From the NCBI GenBank assembly GCA_963665235.2, contig CAXXLX010000002.1, positions 224,001 through 288,000 on the forward strand: DNA of 64,000 bases. Direction: 5' to 3'. The notes beneath the pieces were generated by a model, which was not told where the DNA came from, made no database searches, and saw only the letters and a program-made list of their open reading frames with translations. Position numbers and translations under genes: made by a program. How positions within the stretch are numbered: the first letter of the stretch is position 1; the number at the start of each line of letters is the position of its first letter. The DNA is from Candidatus Poribacteria bacterium (GTDB taxonomy: Bacteria > Poribacteria > WGA-4E > WGA-3G). This document shows, piece by piece, positions 1 through 11,288 of the stretch.

Positions 1-2
1 CG

Positions 3-1239
3 GATGGGATATATCATGCTTATGTGCGTATTCCTAACGGCGATTTTGTGCCCCTTCCAGGTGCACCACATCTGGAATACTTCTTTATACACGGTATCAA
101 CGATGCGGGGTTTCTCATTTTCCGATATAAAGCGGTGGGTGCCGCTCCGCTAACAGCTGTGGGCACATTCACAGAACAAACGGAAGTTCAGTTTCCGGGT
201 AGCGTTAGCACGGAGGGTTGGAATATCAATCAGGACAACTCTATCGTTGGGAACTATAAATCAGCAGATGGACGCGTCCATGGGTTTATCGCAAGACCCG
301 CTGACAAGGCAGAGAGCGATCATTTTGGCAACGCCTACACCGTCACGCTGTCTAAAGGGTTGAATATGCTGTCTGTGCCGTTGGCACAGCCAACACCGAT
401 GAATGCACAAGCACTTGCAGGGATAGCAGGTGCGACAACTGTGATAACACTTGATGCGGAAAACCAACGATTCGTGGCATGGACACCAGATGCACCCTGG
501 TGCCGGTTTCTCAATAGAAGGTGGCAAAGGGTATATCGTCAATGTCAGAGAGGGTCGGAATTTTGCCTTTGTCGGTGCACCTTGGATGTCTCAAACGGAG
601 GCGGCTGGCGCGCCATCTGCCGTAGCCACGCAGATGTCCAAGGAAGCGTGGGCGTTCGTTGTCGCCGGACACCTACAAGGGAAATCTGCCTTTGATGGAT
701 ACCAAGTAAACGTCCGCAACTTGAGAACAAACAACACAATGACTGCCTCGGTAGTAGAGGATTATTTCGCCGCTGCAACCGCGGACTTAGCGGAGCGGAG
801 CGTCGTTAAAGTCGGAGATGTGATTGAAGTGCGCGTGCTCGGACCTGATGGAAATGTTGAATCGCAGACCCGCAGTTTCAAAGTGACACCTGAACACATC
901 GCAAACGCGGTTTTGGCTGTCAACCTTGATAACGTCGGGCAACCGATGCAGAGCCAGTTGCTGCAGAACTACCCGAACCCGTTTAACCCGGAGACGTGGA
1001 TTCCGTATCAACTCTCGGAAGATAGTCCGGTATCTATATCAATTTATGATACCACCGGTCAGTTGGTGCGGACGCTTTCACTCGGTCACCAATCCGCGGG
1101 GTTCTATAATAGTCCAGAACGCGCGGCGTATTGGGATGGACGCAATGCCCTCGGCGAACGCGTGGCGAGTGGTGTCTATTTCTATCAGTTGACAACGCCT
1201 GAGTTCCAGCAAACAAAGCGGATGCTCATTGTGAAATAG
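3..1239 (+). pseudogene. 5'-truncated, frameshifted paralog of the exported repeat proteins with FlgD-Ig/T9SS-like C-terminal domain
   Basis: ORFs 24..695 and 451..1239 together align to the intact paralogs downstream. GCACCCTGGTGCC (~493-505) has one base more than the paralog GCACCCGATGCC. Could be an assembly error. Confidence 0.75.
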
Positions 1240-1286
1240 CGATTGGCTCATTGGCAATTAGCGATTGGCGATTGGCGATTGGCAAG
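1240..1286. repeat. Heptamer tandem repeat (GATTGGC-like)n ending GGCAAGA
   Basis: gattggc tcattggc aattagc gattggc gattggc gattggc aaga right after the stop. Same family at ~6966, 9133, 26560, 28100-30190 and 61325-61460. Confidence 0.85.
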
Positions 1287-1360
1287 AGAAGAAAGAGAGG
1301 GCTCTCTGTTTTCTTCCTCTTGCTATAGGTTTCCAACGGTCTCCATAAACCAACATGCTA

Positions 1361-1499
1361 CAGGATGGACGCAGCGCGTTGATAAGTCGATATGATAATG
1401 CGATTTAGAGGGAGGCCTAGCGGGCGAGGCGACCTCGCCTAGAGGAGCGGGCTGTTTGCCCGAATACTGAGGTTTAGTGCTAAATTTGCGTCCATCCTG
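1361..1499. mobile_element. MITE family A with an internal REP hairpin
   Basis: Perfect 13-bp terminal inverted repeats CAGGATGGACGCA / TGCGTCCATCCTG. Internal sequence is shared with copies at ~7069 and 61080. Confidence 0.75.
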
Positions 1500-1520
1500 A
1501 TCTTAAGAGAGGTTTTTATT

Positions 1521-4199
1521 ATGCCGAATCGTATTAGAACTAGTTTTCTGTTTTTCATGTTTACGTTTTTGATGTGCGTCAGCTCCTTATTCCTAAGGAA
1601 CGCCGATGCACAAGTGGACGATGGACCCGCTGACGGTTTTGCCAGTGAGAACTATACATTTGAAACGATTGACGTTCCGGGTGTCCAGTTTTTAGCACTG
1701 ACAGCGAGTTCTGACTTTGAGGATTATGCCGGCTACACGAAAAGTGAGGATGGTGAAAAGGATGTCGGCTTTACGCTGATTGATGGCGTGTTTATGACCT
1801 ACGATTTCCCTGGTGCCCAAAACACGTATTTCTATGCACTTGGTAATGATGGGCGCGCTGCGGGCTACTACGAAGATAGCGAGGGTTTGCACCACGGTGT
1901 TATCTTGGAAGATGGTGAGATGCGGCAATACGATTTCCCCAATGCTGTGCAAACAGAGATATACGGTATTAGTGACGCGACGGGAGTATTGACGGGGACT
2001 TGGATAGATGCTGCTGGTGTTCGGCGTGGATTTACAGGAGACACAATCCTTGAGTTCCCCGGGGCAACAGCAACATTCGCTGATTTTGTCAACTCGGCAG
2101 GCAATATGTTCGGCAGCTACATAGATGCTGATGGGATATTTCAAGAATTCGCATATTCCTCGGATGGCAGGTATATAGCTTTCGATCTTGCAAACGCAGA
2201 AAATCTCGAATTCTTTTATGTGCATGGTTATAACGATGCAAAGACAAGGGTTGCCCGAGGTAAAGCGTTCGGTGATGTCACACGGACTTATCTGGGGACA
2301 TTTGTTGATGGTCTGCGTGAATTGAAGGTTCCGGGTAGCGTCAGCACAGAGGGTTATAATATCAATCAGGACGGCTCTGTTGTCGGCTTCTATGAGGCAC
2401 CCGATGGACGTAGACACGGCTTTATCGCCAAACCCGTTGAAGTCGTTGATAAACCCGTTTTCCAAATCAGTGGCTTCACCTATACTTATGAGAATATTGA
2501 TGTGCCGGGCGTAGATTTTCTGTCGTTGACAGCAAGTTCTGACTATGAAGATTACGCGGGCTACACGAAAAGTGCGGATGGCGAAAAAATGGTCGCCTTT
2601 ACCCTCATCGATGGTGTTTTTATGACCTACGATTTCCCCGGTTCACAGAACACGTATTTCTTTGCCCTCGGTAATAATGGCGATGCTGCTGGTTACTACG
2701 AAGATAGCGAGGGGCACCACCGCGGTATCGTCCTACAAAATGGCGAGTTACGCCAATACGATTTTCCGGGCTCCGTTGAAACAGAAATATACGGTATTTC
2801 TGATGCAACGGGGAAGCTGACAGGGAATTGGACAGATGCTTCCGGCGTGCGTCGCGGATTCACAGGGGACATCATCGTTGAGTATCCGGGGGCAGCGGAA
2901 ACTTTTGCCGATTTTATTAACTCACAAGGGGGGATGGTCGGCAGCTACGTAGATGACGAGGGGACCTATACGCCATACCTACGCGCTGCGGATGGCAGGT
3001 TTGTATCTTTCACCCTTCCAACCGAAGAAACTTATGAATTCTTTTATGTGCACGGTCAAACCGATACAAAGATTTGCATTGCTCGAGGCAAAGTGGTAGG
3101 TGAGGTCCCCCGAACCTATGTCGGTTCATTCCTTGGGGGGCTCCATGAATTGAAAGTTCCAGGCAGCGTTTCAACGGAAGGGTACAATATCAATCAGGAC
3201 GCTTCTGTCGTTGGGCACTATGACTCACCCGATGGACGCAGACACGGATTTATTGCCAGACTCGGGACCGAGGAAGTCAGCACTGCTTTCAGCAATGCCT
3301 ACACCGTTAAGCTGTCTAAAGGGTTGAACATGCTCTCTGTGCCATTGGCCCCCTGGGCACCCATGACAGCTAAGAGTCTTGTCGGGCTGACAGGTGCAAC
3401 AACTATCATCACACTTGATACCGCAAACCAACGTTTCATCGCTTGGACACCAAGTGCACCCGATGCCGGTTTCCCAATAGGGGGCGGAAAAGGGTATATT
3501 GTCAATGTCCCACAGGCTCGCAATTTTGCCTTCGTCGGCGCACCTTGGACAGATCTAACCGAGGCTCCTGCCGCACCTGCCATATCCACGCAGCTGCCGA
3601 AGGAGGCATGGGCGTTCGTTGTCGCCGGACACCTACAAGGGAAATCCGCCTTTGATGGCTATACGGTAAATGTCCGTAATCTGAGAACAGATAGCACGCT
3701 AACCGCCTCGGTGCAAAACGATTACTTCGCTGCGGCGACCGCAGACTTAGCGGAGCGGAGCGTCGTCAAACTTGGAGACGTGATTGAAGTACGCGTACTC
3801 GGGCCCGATGGAAACGTTGAATCGCAAACCCATAGTTTCAAAGTGACACCTGAACACATAGCAAACGCGGTACTGTCGGTCAACCTTGATAACATCGGGC
3901 AACCGATGCAGAGCCAGTTGCTGCAGAACTACCCGAACCCGTTTAACCCGGAGACATGGATTCCGTATCAACTCTCGGAAGATAGTCGCGTCTCTATAAA
4001 AATTTATGATACCACCGGTCAGTTGGTTCGGACGCTGTTGGTAGGTCATCAAGCCGCAGGTTTCTATAATAGTCCAGAACGCGCGGCGTATTGGGATGGA
4101 CGCAATGCCCTCGGTGAACGCGTGGCGAGTGGTGTCTATTTTTATCAGTTGACAACGCCTGAGTTCCAGCAAACACGGCGGCTCGTTATTTTGAAGTAG
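1521..4199 (+). CDS. Exported protein, two ~285-aa HAF-like repeat modules plus FlgD-Ig/T9SS-like C-terminal domain (892 aa)
   Basis: Signal peptide, duplicated modules ending GYNINQDG..HGFIA, C-terminal LLQNYPNPFNPETWIPYQL..GVYFYQL, upstream GAGG RBS. Confidence 0.85.
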   Translation: MPNRIRTSFLFFMFTFLMCVSSLFLRNADAQVDDGPADGFASENYTFETIDVPGVQFLALTASSDFEDYAGYTKSEDGEKDVGFTLIDGVFMTYDFPGAQNTYFYALGNDGRAAGYYEDSEGLHHGVILEDGEMRQYDFPNAVQTEIYGISDATGVLTGTWIDAAGVRRGFTGDTILEFPGATATFADFVNSAGNMFGSYIDADGIFQEFAYSSDGRYIAFDLANAENLEFFYVHGYNDAKTRVARGKAFGDVTRTYLGTFVDGLRELKVPGSVSTEGYNINQDGSVVGFYEAPDGRRHGFIAKPVEVVDKPVFQISGFTYTYENIDVPGVDFLSLTASSDYEDYAGYTKSADGEKMVAFTLIDGVFMTYDFPGSQNTYFFALGNNGDAAGYYEDSEGHHRGIVLQNGELRQYDFPGSVETEIYGISDATGKLTGNWTDASGVRRGFTGDIIVEYPGAAETFADFINSQGGMVGSYVDDEGTYTPYLRAADGRFVSFTLPTEETYEFFYVHGQTDTKICIARGKVVGEVPRTYVGSFLGGLHELKVPGSVSTEGYNINQDASVVGHYDSPDGRRHGFIARLGTEEVSTAFSNAYTVKLSKGLNMLSVPLAPWAPMTAKSLVGLTGATTIITLDTANQRFIAWTPSAPDAGFPIGGGKGYIVNVPQARNFAFVGAPWTDLTEAPAAPAISTQLPKEAWAFVVAGHLQGKSAFDGYTVNVRNLRTDSTLTASVQNDYFAAATADLAERSVVKLGDVIEVRVLGPDGNVESQTHSFKVTPEHIANAVLSVNLDNIGQPMQSQLLQNYPNPFNPETWIPYQLSEDSRVSIKIYDTTGQLVRTLLVGHQAAGFYNSPERAAYWDGRNALGERVASGVYFYQLTTPEFQQTRRLVILK

Positions 4200-4271
4200 G
4201 GTTTATTATTTAAACATAGCACTGCTTGAAAACTCAAGCATCAACTTTAAATCTGAAGAGAGGTTTTTATT

Positions 4272-6968
4272 ATGCCGACTCGTATTAGAACCGGTTTTTT
4301 ATTTTTCATGTTTACGTTTTTGATGTGTCTCAATTCCTTTTTCTTAACGGACATCGAGGCACAAGTGAACATTGCACCGGTTGCCGCCACACAAGTCAAC
4401 ATTACACCCGTTGCTGCACCCGAAGACTCCAAGTATACTTTCGAGCGTATTGAAGTTGAGGGTGTCAATTATTTAGCGGTGACAGCGAGTAGTGACTTTG
4501 ACGATTACGCAGGATACACAAAAAGTGCTGATGGCGGAAAATATGTCGCCTTTACTATCATTGATGGCGTGTTTACGACATACCACTTCCCGGATTCACA
4601 GGAAACGCGTTTCTATGCGCTCGGGAATAATGGACAAGCGGCCGGATACTACGTGGATAGCGAGAGTAAGCGCCATGGGGTCATCTTGGAAGATGGCGTG
4701 TTGCGTCAATACGATTTCCCGGATGCTGTCGAAACGGAGATATACGGTATTTCTGATGCAACCGGGGCACTGACAGGTAATTGGACAGATGCCTCTGGCG
4801 TACGCCGTGGTTTCTCAGGGGACTTAATAATTGAGCCGCCCGGGGCAACGGCAACTTTTGCCGATTTTGTGAACGCGGAAGGCGTTATCGTAGGCAGCTA
4901 TATAGATGCTGATGGAAGATATCAGGCTTATGTGCGTACCCCGGACGAAAGGTTTGCCCTTCTCCCCCTTCCAAAAACACTAAATATTGAGTATCTTTTT
5001 CTGCACGGTATCAACGATGCCGGTGTTTTGGTTATCCGATTGGACTGGGGGCGTGGTTCGCGCACCATGGTTGGCCCATTCGATGCCATGCAGCAATTGG
5101 AGTTCCCGGGGGCCGTTAGCACACAAGGCTATAATATTAATCAGGATGGCTCTGTCGTCGGACACTATGAAACAGCAGATGGGCACAAATATGGGTTTAT
5201 CGCCAAACCCATAAGCGGCGAGCGTCCTGTTGTTGCCCCTGCTAGTACCACCTATACTTATGAGAGTATCAATTCGCCGGGTGTCGATCATTTAGCGGTG
5301 ACAGCGAGTTCCGACTTTGAGGATTACGCCGGCTACACACGGAGCCCTGGTGGTGAAAAAACAGTCGGTTTTACGCTCATTGATGGTGTTTTTACAACAT
5401 ACAATTTCCCTGGTGCACAAGAAACGCGTTTCTACGCGCTCGGGAATAATGGACAAGCGGCCGGTCACTACAAGGATAGCGACGGTAATTACCACGGTGT
5501 CATTTTGGAAAATGGGGAGATGCGGCGATACGATTATCCGGATGCCGTCCAGACATTCCTCTACGGTTATAGTGATGCCACCGGAGCACTGACAGGGGAT
5601 TTCATAGATGCGGCTGGCGTTCAGCGTGGTTTCTCAGGGGACCTAATCATTGATATACCTGGGGCAACAGCGACACACACCGATTTCGTAAACGCGGAAG
5701 GCAGTATCGTGGGCAGCTACGTGGATGCTGAAGGGACATATCATGCTTATGTGCGTCTCCGAAATGGCAGCCTTGCAACTATCGACCTTCCAACAAAAGG
5801 ACTAACTCTGGAGTACTTTTTTGTGCACGGTATCAGCGATGCAAGAAGTATTGTTGCCCGAGCCAAAGCGGTGGGGGATGTCCCGCGCACTTATGCCGGT
5901 CAATACGTGCTACATGAATTGGAGTTTCCGGGTGCCGTTAGCACACAAGGCTATAATATCAATCAGGATGGCTCTATCGTCGGACACTATGAGTCAGCAG
6001 ATGGCCGCGTACACGGTTTTATCGCCAGACCTGTTGACCAAGCAGTGAGCGAGCATTTTAGCAACGCCTACACTGTCACGCTGTCTAAAGGGTTGAACAT
6101 GCTTTCGGTGCCACTGGCACCCTGGACACCCCTGACTGCTAAGAGTCTTGTCGGGATATCAGGCGCGACGACCGTAATCACGCTTGATGCGGAAACCCAA
6201 CGGTTCGTCGCTTGGACTCCAAGTGCACCCGATGCCGGTTTCTCAATAGAAGGTGGCAAAGGGTATATCGTCAATGTCCCAGAGGCTCGCAATTTTGCCT
6301 TCGTGGGAGCTGCTTGGACAAATCAAACAGAGGCTCCGGCTGCACCTGCCATATCCACAGAGATGCCGAAGGAGGCATGGGCGTTCGTTGTTGCCGGACA
6401 CTTGGCAGGGAAATCCGCCTTTGATGGATACACGGTCACTGTCCGGAACTTGAGAACAAACACCAAGATGACCGCTTCGGTGCAAGACGATTACTTCGCC
6501 GCTGCTACCGCTGACTTAGCGGAGCGGAGCGTCGTCAAACTCGGAGACGTGATTGAAGTGCACGTACTCGGGCCCGATGGAAACGTTGAATCGCAGACCC
6601 GCAGTTTTAAAGTGACACCTGAACACATAGCCAACGCGGTACTGTCGGTCAACCTTGATAACATCGGGCAACCGATGCAGAGCCAGTTGCTGCAGAACTA
6701 CCCGAACCCGTTTAACCCAGAGACATGGATTCCGTATCAGCTTTCAGAAGATAGTCCGGTCTCTATAGGAATTTATGATACCACCGGTCAGTTGGTTCGG
6801 ACGCTGCTGGTAGGTCATCAAGCCGCAGGTTTCTATAATAGTCCGGAACGCGCGGCGTATTGGGATGGACGCAATGCCCTCGGCGAACGTGTTGCAAGTG
6901 GTGTCTATTTCTATCAGTTGACAACGCCTGAGTTCCAGCAAACACGGCGGCTCGTCATTGTGAAATAG
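4272..6968 (+). CDS. Exported protein paralog, two repeat modules plus FlgD-Ig/T9SS-like C-terminal domain (898 aa)
   Basis: Same architecture as 1521..4199 with a near-identical C-terminal third. Confidence 0.85.
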   Translation: MPTRIRTGFLFFMFTFLMCLNSFFLTDIEAQVNIAPVAATQVNITPVAAPEDSKYTFERIEVEGVNYLAVTASSDFDDYAGYTKSADGGKYVAFTIIDGVFTTYHFPDSQETRFYALGNNGQAAGYYVDSESKRHGVILEDGVLRQYDFPDAVETEIYGISDATGALTGNWTDASGVRRGFSGDLIIEPPGATATFADFVNAEGVIVGSYIDADGRYQAYVRTPDERFALLPLPKTLNIEYLFLHGINDAGVLVIRLDWGRGSRTMVGPFDAMQQLEFPGAVSTQGYNINQDGSVVGHYETADGHKYGFIAKPISGERPVVAPASTTYTYESINSPGVDHLAVTASSDFEDYAGYTRSPGGEKTVGFTLIDGVFTTYNFPGAQETRFYALGNNGQAAGHYKDSDGNYHGVILENGEMRRYDYPDAVQTFLYGYSDATGALTGDFIDAAGVQRGFSGDLIIDIPGATATHTDFVNAEGSIVGSYVDAEGTYHAYVRLRNGSLATIDLPTKGLTLEYFFVHGISDARSIVARAKAVGDVPRTYAGQYVLHELEFPGAVSTQGYNINQDGSIVGHYESADGRVHGFIARPVDQAVSEHFSNAYTVTLSKGLNMLSVPLAPWTPLTAKSLVGISGATTVITLDAETQRFVAWTPSAPDAGFSIEGGKGYIVNVPEARNFAFVGAAWTNQTEAPAAPAISTEMPKEAWAFVVAGHLAGKSAFDGYTVTVRNLRTNTKMTASVQDDYFAAATADLAERSVVKLGDVIEVHVLGPDGNVESQTRSFKVTPEHIANAVLSVNLDNIGQPMQSQLLQNYPNPFNPETWIPYQLSEDSPVSIGIYDTTGQLVRTLLVGHQAAGFYNSPERAAYWDGRNALGERVASGVYFYQLTTPEFQQTRRLVIVK

Positions 6969-7068
6969 CAATTAGCAATTAGCATTTGGCATTTGGCAAG
7001 AGGTTGGGATGCTAAGCAGGTTTTTGACACGCGTTAGAGACTTCTGGTTTCCATAAGCCAACATGCTA

Positions 7069-7200
7069 CAAGACGGACGCAGCACGTTGATAAGTCGATA
7101 TGATAATGCGATTTAGAGGGAGGCCTAGCGGGCGAGGCGACCTCGCCCCTACGAGCGTCCTGTGTGACCGGGCGGGGGGACCCCGCCCCTACGACTCTGC
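7069..7200. repeat. MITE family A-related copy with two REP hairpins
   Basis: gcagcacgttgataagtcgatatgataatgcgatttagagggaggcctagcgggcgaggcgacctcgcc matches 1371-1439. The right end is unclear. Confidence 0.65.
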
Positions 7201-7260
7201 CAAGTCACAGCTGTGCTATAGGTGCAACTGTGACACTTTGCAAAACCTAAAAGGAGAACT

Positions 7261-9135
7261 ATGGTTCACAATATAAAAACGAAACTTCCGTTGTTAATAT
7301 GTTTAATTATCTGTTCCACAGGATATGCTGTTGCACAAGTTGGTGCCGAGATACAAATTGCAGATTACATCTTTGAACCGATTGAGGTCCCTGGTGTCGA
7401 TTTTTTGGAGGTGGCTGCAAGTAACGATTTTGGGGATTATGCTGGGAACACGCGGAGCCCTGATGGTAAGAAAAAAATCGGTTTCACATTAATCGATGGC
7501 GTTTTTACAACCTACGACTTTCCAGGGTCCGTGAATACCTATTTCTACGCGCTCGACAATACCGGAAAGGCTGCAGGACATTACAAAGGGACAGATAACC
7601 GTTATCACGGTGTCATCCTGGAGGATGGGGAACTCATGCAATACGATTTTCCGGGGGCTGTCGAGACGTTCATCTTCGGGCTTAGTGATGAAACAGGGGC
7701 ATTGAGCGGTAACATCGTTGATGAAGCGGGGGTCACGCGCGCCTTCTCAGGCAATCTGGTAATTACGTTCCCCGGAGCGGTAGCAACTTATGGGGATTTT
7801 GTCAACGCCGCGGGTGCTGTCGTCGGCAGCTATAGGGATGCCGATGATATGTTTCACGGATTTATGCGTAACCCCGATGGCAGTTTTATCACTATAGACA
7901 TTCCAGGAATGCCGAATCTTGACTACCTATTTGTGAACACCATCACTGATGTTGGGGTTATCGGTTTCAGAGCCAAAGCTGCAAACGATATTTTGCGGTC
8001 CTATATTCTCCTACCAGATAGCATCCTCTATGAAGTGCGGTTCCCAGGCAGTACTAGCACCGTCGTTAGAAATGTTAATCAGGATGGAAGTATTATCGGT
8101 TATTATGACGCAACAGACGGACGCAGAGTGGGATTCGTCGGGAGACCTGCGACAGATTCCAACGGCGGAGATTTCGGTAGGACTTTCTCGATGCATCTCT
8201 CTAAAGGTTTGAACATGCTATCCGTTCCGTTGAAGCCGACTGTCCACATGACAGCACGGTCGCTTGCCCTAAAGACAGGGGCGACAACGGTGATAGCACT
8301 CGATGCCGAAAATCAACGTTTTATAGGCTGGACCCCAAACGCGCCTGACGACGGATTTGCTATTGAAGGTGCAAAAGGGTACATCGTCAATCTCCCAAAG
8401 GAGCGCGCCGTTGTCTTCACCGGAACAGGATGGACAAATCAAACGGAGGCGGCTGGAGCCCCCACTTCTGTAGGAACGAGCTCCGGCTCGCGTCCCGAAG
8501 GAGCCTGGGCGTTCGTTGTCAGTGGTAGGATTGGGAAACCTGAAGAAACACCCAAGCAAAAACACCCCTACGAAGGTAAAACCGCGTATGATGGATACAA
8601 GGTAAGCGTCCGGAACTTGAGAACGAACAGCACGCTAACCGCCACAGTAGAATCGGATTACTTCGCTGCTGCAACTGCCGATTTGGCGCAGCGGAGCGTT
8701 GTCCAAGTGGGAGACACTGTGGAATTACACGTCGTCAGTCCAGCGGGAAATGTTGAATCGCAAACCTTCAGTTTTAAAGTGACCCCCGAGCACATAGCCA
8801 ACGCGGTTTTGTCTATCAACCTTGATAGCATCGGTCAACCGGTGCAGAATCGGTTGTTGCAGAACTACCCGAATCCGTTTAATCCAGAGACATGGATTCC
8901 GTATCAACTCTCCGAAGACAGTCCGGTATCTATAACGATTTATGATACAACGGGTAGGTTGATTCGGACGCTTTTGGTCGGTTATCAAGCCGCGGGTTTC
9001 TATAATAGTCGGGAGCATGCTGCGTATTGGGATGGACGAAATGCCCTCGGTGAACAGGTGGCGAGTGGTGTCTATTTTTACCAGTTAGCAACCCCCTCGT
9101 TCCAGCAAACGCGGCGGCTTGTTATTGTGAAGTAG
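7261..9135 (+). CDS. Exported protein paralog, one repeat module plus FlgD-Ig/T9SS-like C-terminal domain (624 aa)
   Basis: Signal peptide, single module, LSKGLNMLSVPL linker domain, NYPNPFNP C-terminus, AGGAG RBS. Confidence 0.85.
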   Translation: MVHNIKTKLPLLICLIICSTGYAVAQVGAEIQIADYIFEPIEVPGVDFLEVAASNDFGDYAGNTRSPDGKKKIGFTLIDGVFTTYDFPGSVNTYFYALDNTGKAAGHYKGTDNRYHGVILEDGELMQYDFPGAVETFIFGLSDETGALSGNIVDEAGVTRAFSGNLVITFPGAVATYGDFVNAAGAVVGSYRDADDMFHGFMRNPDGSFITIDIPGMPNLDYLFVNTITDVGVIGFRAKAANDILRSYILLPDSILYEVRFPGSTSTVVRNVNQDGSIIGYYDATDGRRVGFVGRPATDSNGGDFGRTFSMHLSKGLNMLSVPLKPTVHMTARSLALKTGATTVIALDAENQRFIGWTPNAPDDGFAIEGAKGYIVNLPKERAVVFTGTGWTNQTEAAGAPTSVGTSSGSRPEGAWAFVVSGRIGKPEETPKQKHPYEGKTAYDGYKVSVRNLRTNSTLTATVESDYFAAATADLAQRSVVQVGDTVELHVVSPAGNVESQTFSFKVTPEHIANAVLSINLDSIGQPVQNRLLQNYPNPFNPETWIPYQLSEDSPVSITIYDTTGRLIRTLLVGYQAAGFYNSREHAAYWDGRNALGEQVASGVYFYQLATPSFQQTRRLVIVK

Positions 9136-9305
9136 CGATTGGCGATTGGCGTGGCAATTGGCAAAGAAAGGGCGTATCGGGCGAGGGGCACTCGCCCAGA
9201 GGAGCGGGAAACCGTTGGTTTCCCGAATCCTGATGCGGTTTCTGCGTAGGGGTGGGGTTTCCCCGCCCTATTGGCGGTATTGCTTACTACATCCGTCACC
9301 TATTG

Positions 9306-11255
9306 CTAAATTTGCGTAAGTCCTGTTTCTATTTCGGATAGCCGTGTGAGATGCCAATTTGGGTCGTTTAGTGCTTCGTAAAGGACACCGCCTTCAACAT
9401 TTGCGGGCATTGGTAGTCCTAGCAAATAGCACAACGTTGGGGCAACATCCACTACGCGGACCTGTCGTTCTAGTGCAACGCCTTGCCGGACTCCCGCGCC
9501 GGAGAGGATAAATGTGGAATGCTGCCCCCCAATGCCGAAACTAACGGATGGTAGCTGTTTGCCGTGTGCTCCATCGAACTCCGGGCGTAGGGCATAGACA
9601 ACATCGCCGACGAGGTCGCCGTGTAGGTTTAACATTTCTGCGTCTTCGCGCGTCACTGCCAATGAGAAGGGGTGTCTTCCTGTTTCAGGGTCGCGGTAGG
9701 CGTGCAGTGCGGCGATAATCTCGCGTTGCGTTGTTTCGTAATCTGCTGGGACAACAATACCGTTCGGTTCACGTCCTGTGAGGTTGATAAAGATATGGAC
9801 TAAGCCGATGTTAACCGCCCGCGTCTGTGTCCAATCTATTGCCCCACTTGTGTCTTTGACAATGAAACCGGTCTCTTCCAGAACCGTTTCAATGTCCACA
9901 GCGCGAAATTGATTGGGGGTGCCGCCGTGGTCGGCACAGATAAGGACGACCGTTTCCTCATCGGCTATTTCGGTTATCTGTCCAATCATGCGGTCTACAG
10001 ATTCGTAAGTGCGCCGCAGTCCTTCCCGGCATCGATGGATTGTTTCTGCTGCTGCGCCACTGATTTCATCCGCTTGGCTAAGGAAGAAATGGCTCGCGTA
10101 GTCTGGGGCATGTGTCTCTACCATAAGGACATCCCAATCGTTTTGGGAGGCGAGATGCGTTGCCACATCTGCGAGACGCTGATGATGATAGTCCAATAGC
10201 TCAAAATAGGTGTCATCATCCACCTGTCCGAGTGCGTCTCGTGCGGGGTTTTGGAGGAACGGCCCGATGTTTTCGTCAATCGTGGTAGCAGTAGCCGCTG
10301 GCACAGTGTAGCCGGTTCGGGGCCAAATCTGTGGTACAAAAAGTTCAAAGGCATCGGCTGTTGCGGTAAGCGTAATGAGTTTCATGCGGACATAGCCCTC
10401 AATAGGACTTGCATCAATTTCGAACGTATCCAACCACCAGTCACTCCAGTCCCCGACTCCCATGTCTGCTACGATATCCGCTGTGTCTCGGCTGCGGCAC
10501 ACGCGTATACGGTCGTATCCGTTTTGCCCGGTGGCGTAAATCAATCCATAGAAGGGTTTGGGGGCACCGGTTCTGCCGCGGTTCATATTTTCTCTACCGC
10601 GTGCCAAGGGGTGGATAGTGAGTTCTACGGCTTGGACAGGTTTGTTGGAATCAGGCAATGCGCCTTGCCATCTATTTGTGTCAACCGGTTGAATTGTCAC
10701 CGGGTCAATATGTCGGATTTTCTGTAATGCGCTAGGGTCTAGGGTTTCCGGGTCTCGTTGCCCGCCGATGGGTCGTGGTGCCCATTTTCCCGCGACAAAG
10801 AGATGATACCCCGCAATTTGGTGATGATTTGAGACACCGGGGCCTGTTCCCTCTACCTGAATGCCTGTTTTGACGGTAGGTGGCCAGGACATTTCCCATT
10901 TTACTAAAATTGGTTTTCCGCCGGCACGTTCTACGAGATTCCAGAGGTATTCGGATTGACACAATCCTGTGTTAATGCCCCACACTGTTTTATGAAGCGG
11001 TTCGCCGATAGCGCGAATGTTGAAATCCATGACGCGATGTGTGCCGGGCCACGAACCGGTAGAGAGTGCGGTCCAGCCAGGGGGCGTTAGTGTGGGGAAT
11101 ACGCCTATCATTGCGCGATGTACGCCTGTGTCGCGGAGTTTCGCCATATTTGGGGTGTGCCCCCACACAATCATGTTATTTACGAGTTCCATACTTGCAC
11201 CATCCATACCAATAATGATGGCGCGTTTTGCAGGGGAAAGTTGTGTGCGTTTCAT
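9306..11255 (-). CDS. Alkaline phosphatase superfamily / type I phosphodiesterase-like protein
   Basis: IIIGMDG, PTLTPPGWTALSTG, ADHG, GAHG and VVDVAPT motifs. Confidence 0.8.
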   Translation of the reverse strand: MKRTQLSPAKRAIIIGMDGASMELVNNMIVWGHTPNMAKLRDTGVHRAMIGVFPTLTPPGWTALSTGSWPGTHRVMDFNIRAIGEPLHKTVWGINTGLCQSEYLWNLVERAGGKPILVKWEMSWPPTVKTGIQVEGTGPGVSNHHQIAGYHLFVAGKWAPRPIGGQRDPETLDPSALQKIRHIDPVTIQPVDTNRWQGALPDSNKPVQAVELTIHPLARGRENMNRGRTGAPKPFYGLIYATGQNGYDRIRVCRSRDTADIVADMGVGDWSDWWLDTFEIDASPIEGYVRMKLITLTATADAFELFVPQIWPRTGYTVPAATATTIDENIGPFLQNPARDALGQVDDDTYFELLDYHHQRLADVATHLASQNDWDVLMVETHAPDYASHFFLSQADEISGAAAETIHRCREGLRRTYESVDRMIGQITEIADEETVVLICADHGGTPNQFRAVDIETVLEETGFIVKDTSGAIDWTQTRAVNIGLVHIFINLTGREPNGIVVPADYETTQREIIAALHAYRDPETGRHPFSLAVTREDAEMLNLHGDLVGDVVYALRPEFDGAHGKQLPSVSFGIGGQHSTFILSGAGVRQGVALERQVRVVDVAPTLCYLLGLPMPANVEGGVLYEALNDPNWHLTRLSEIETGLTQI

Positions 11256-11288
11256 GAAAGAATTCCTTAAATTGTAAGCAAGATGGTT

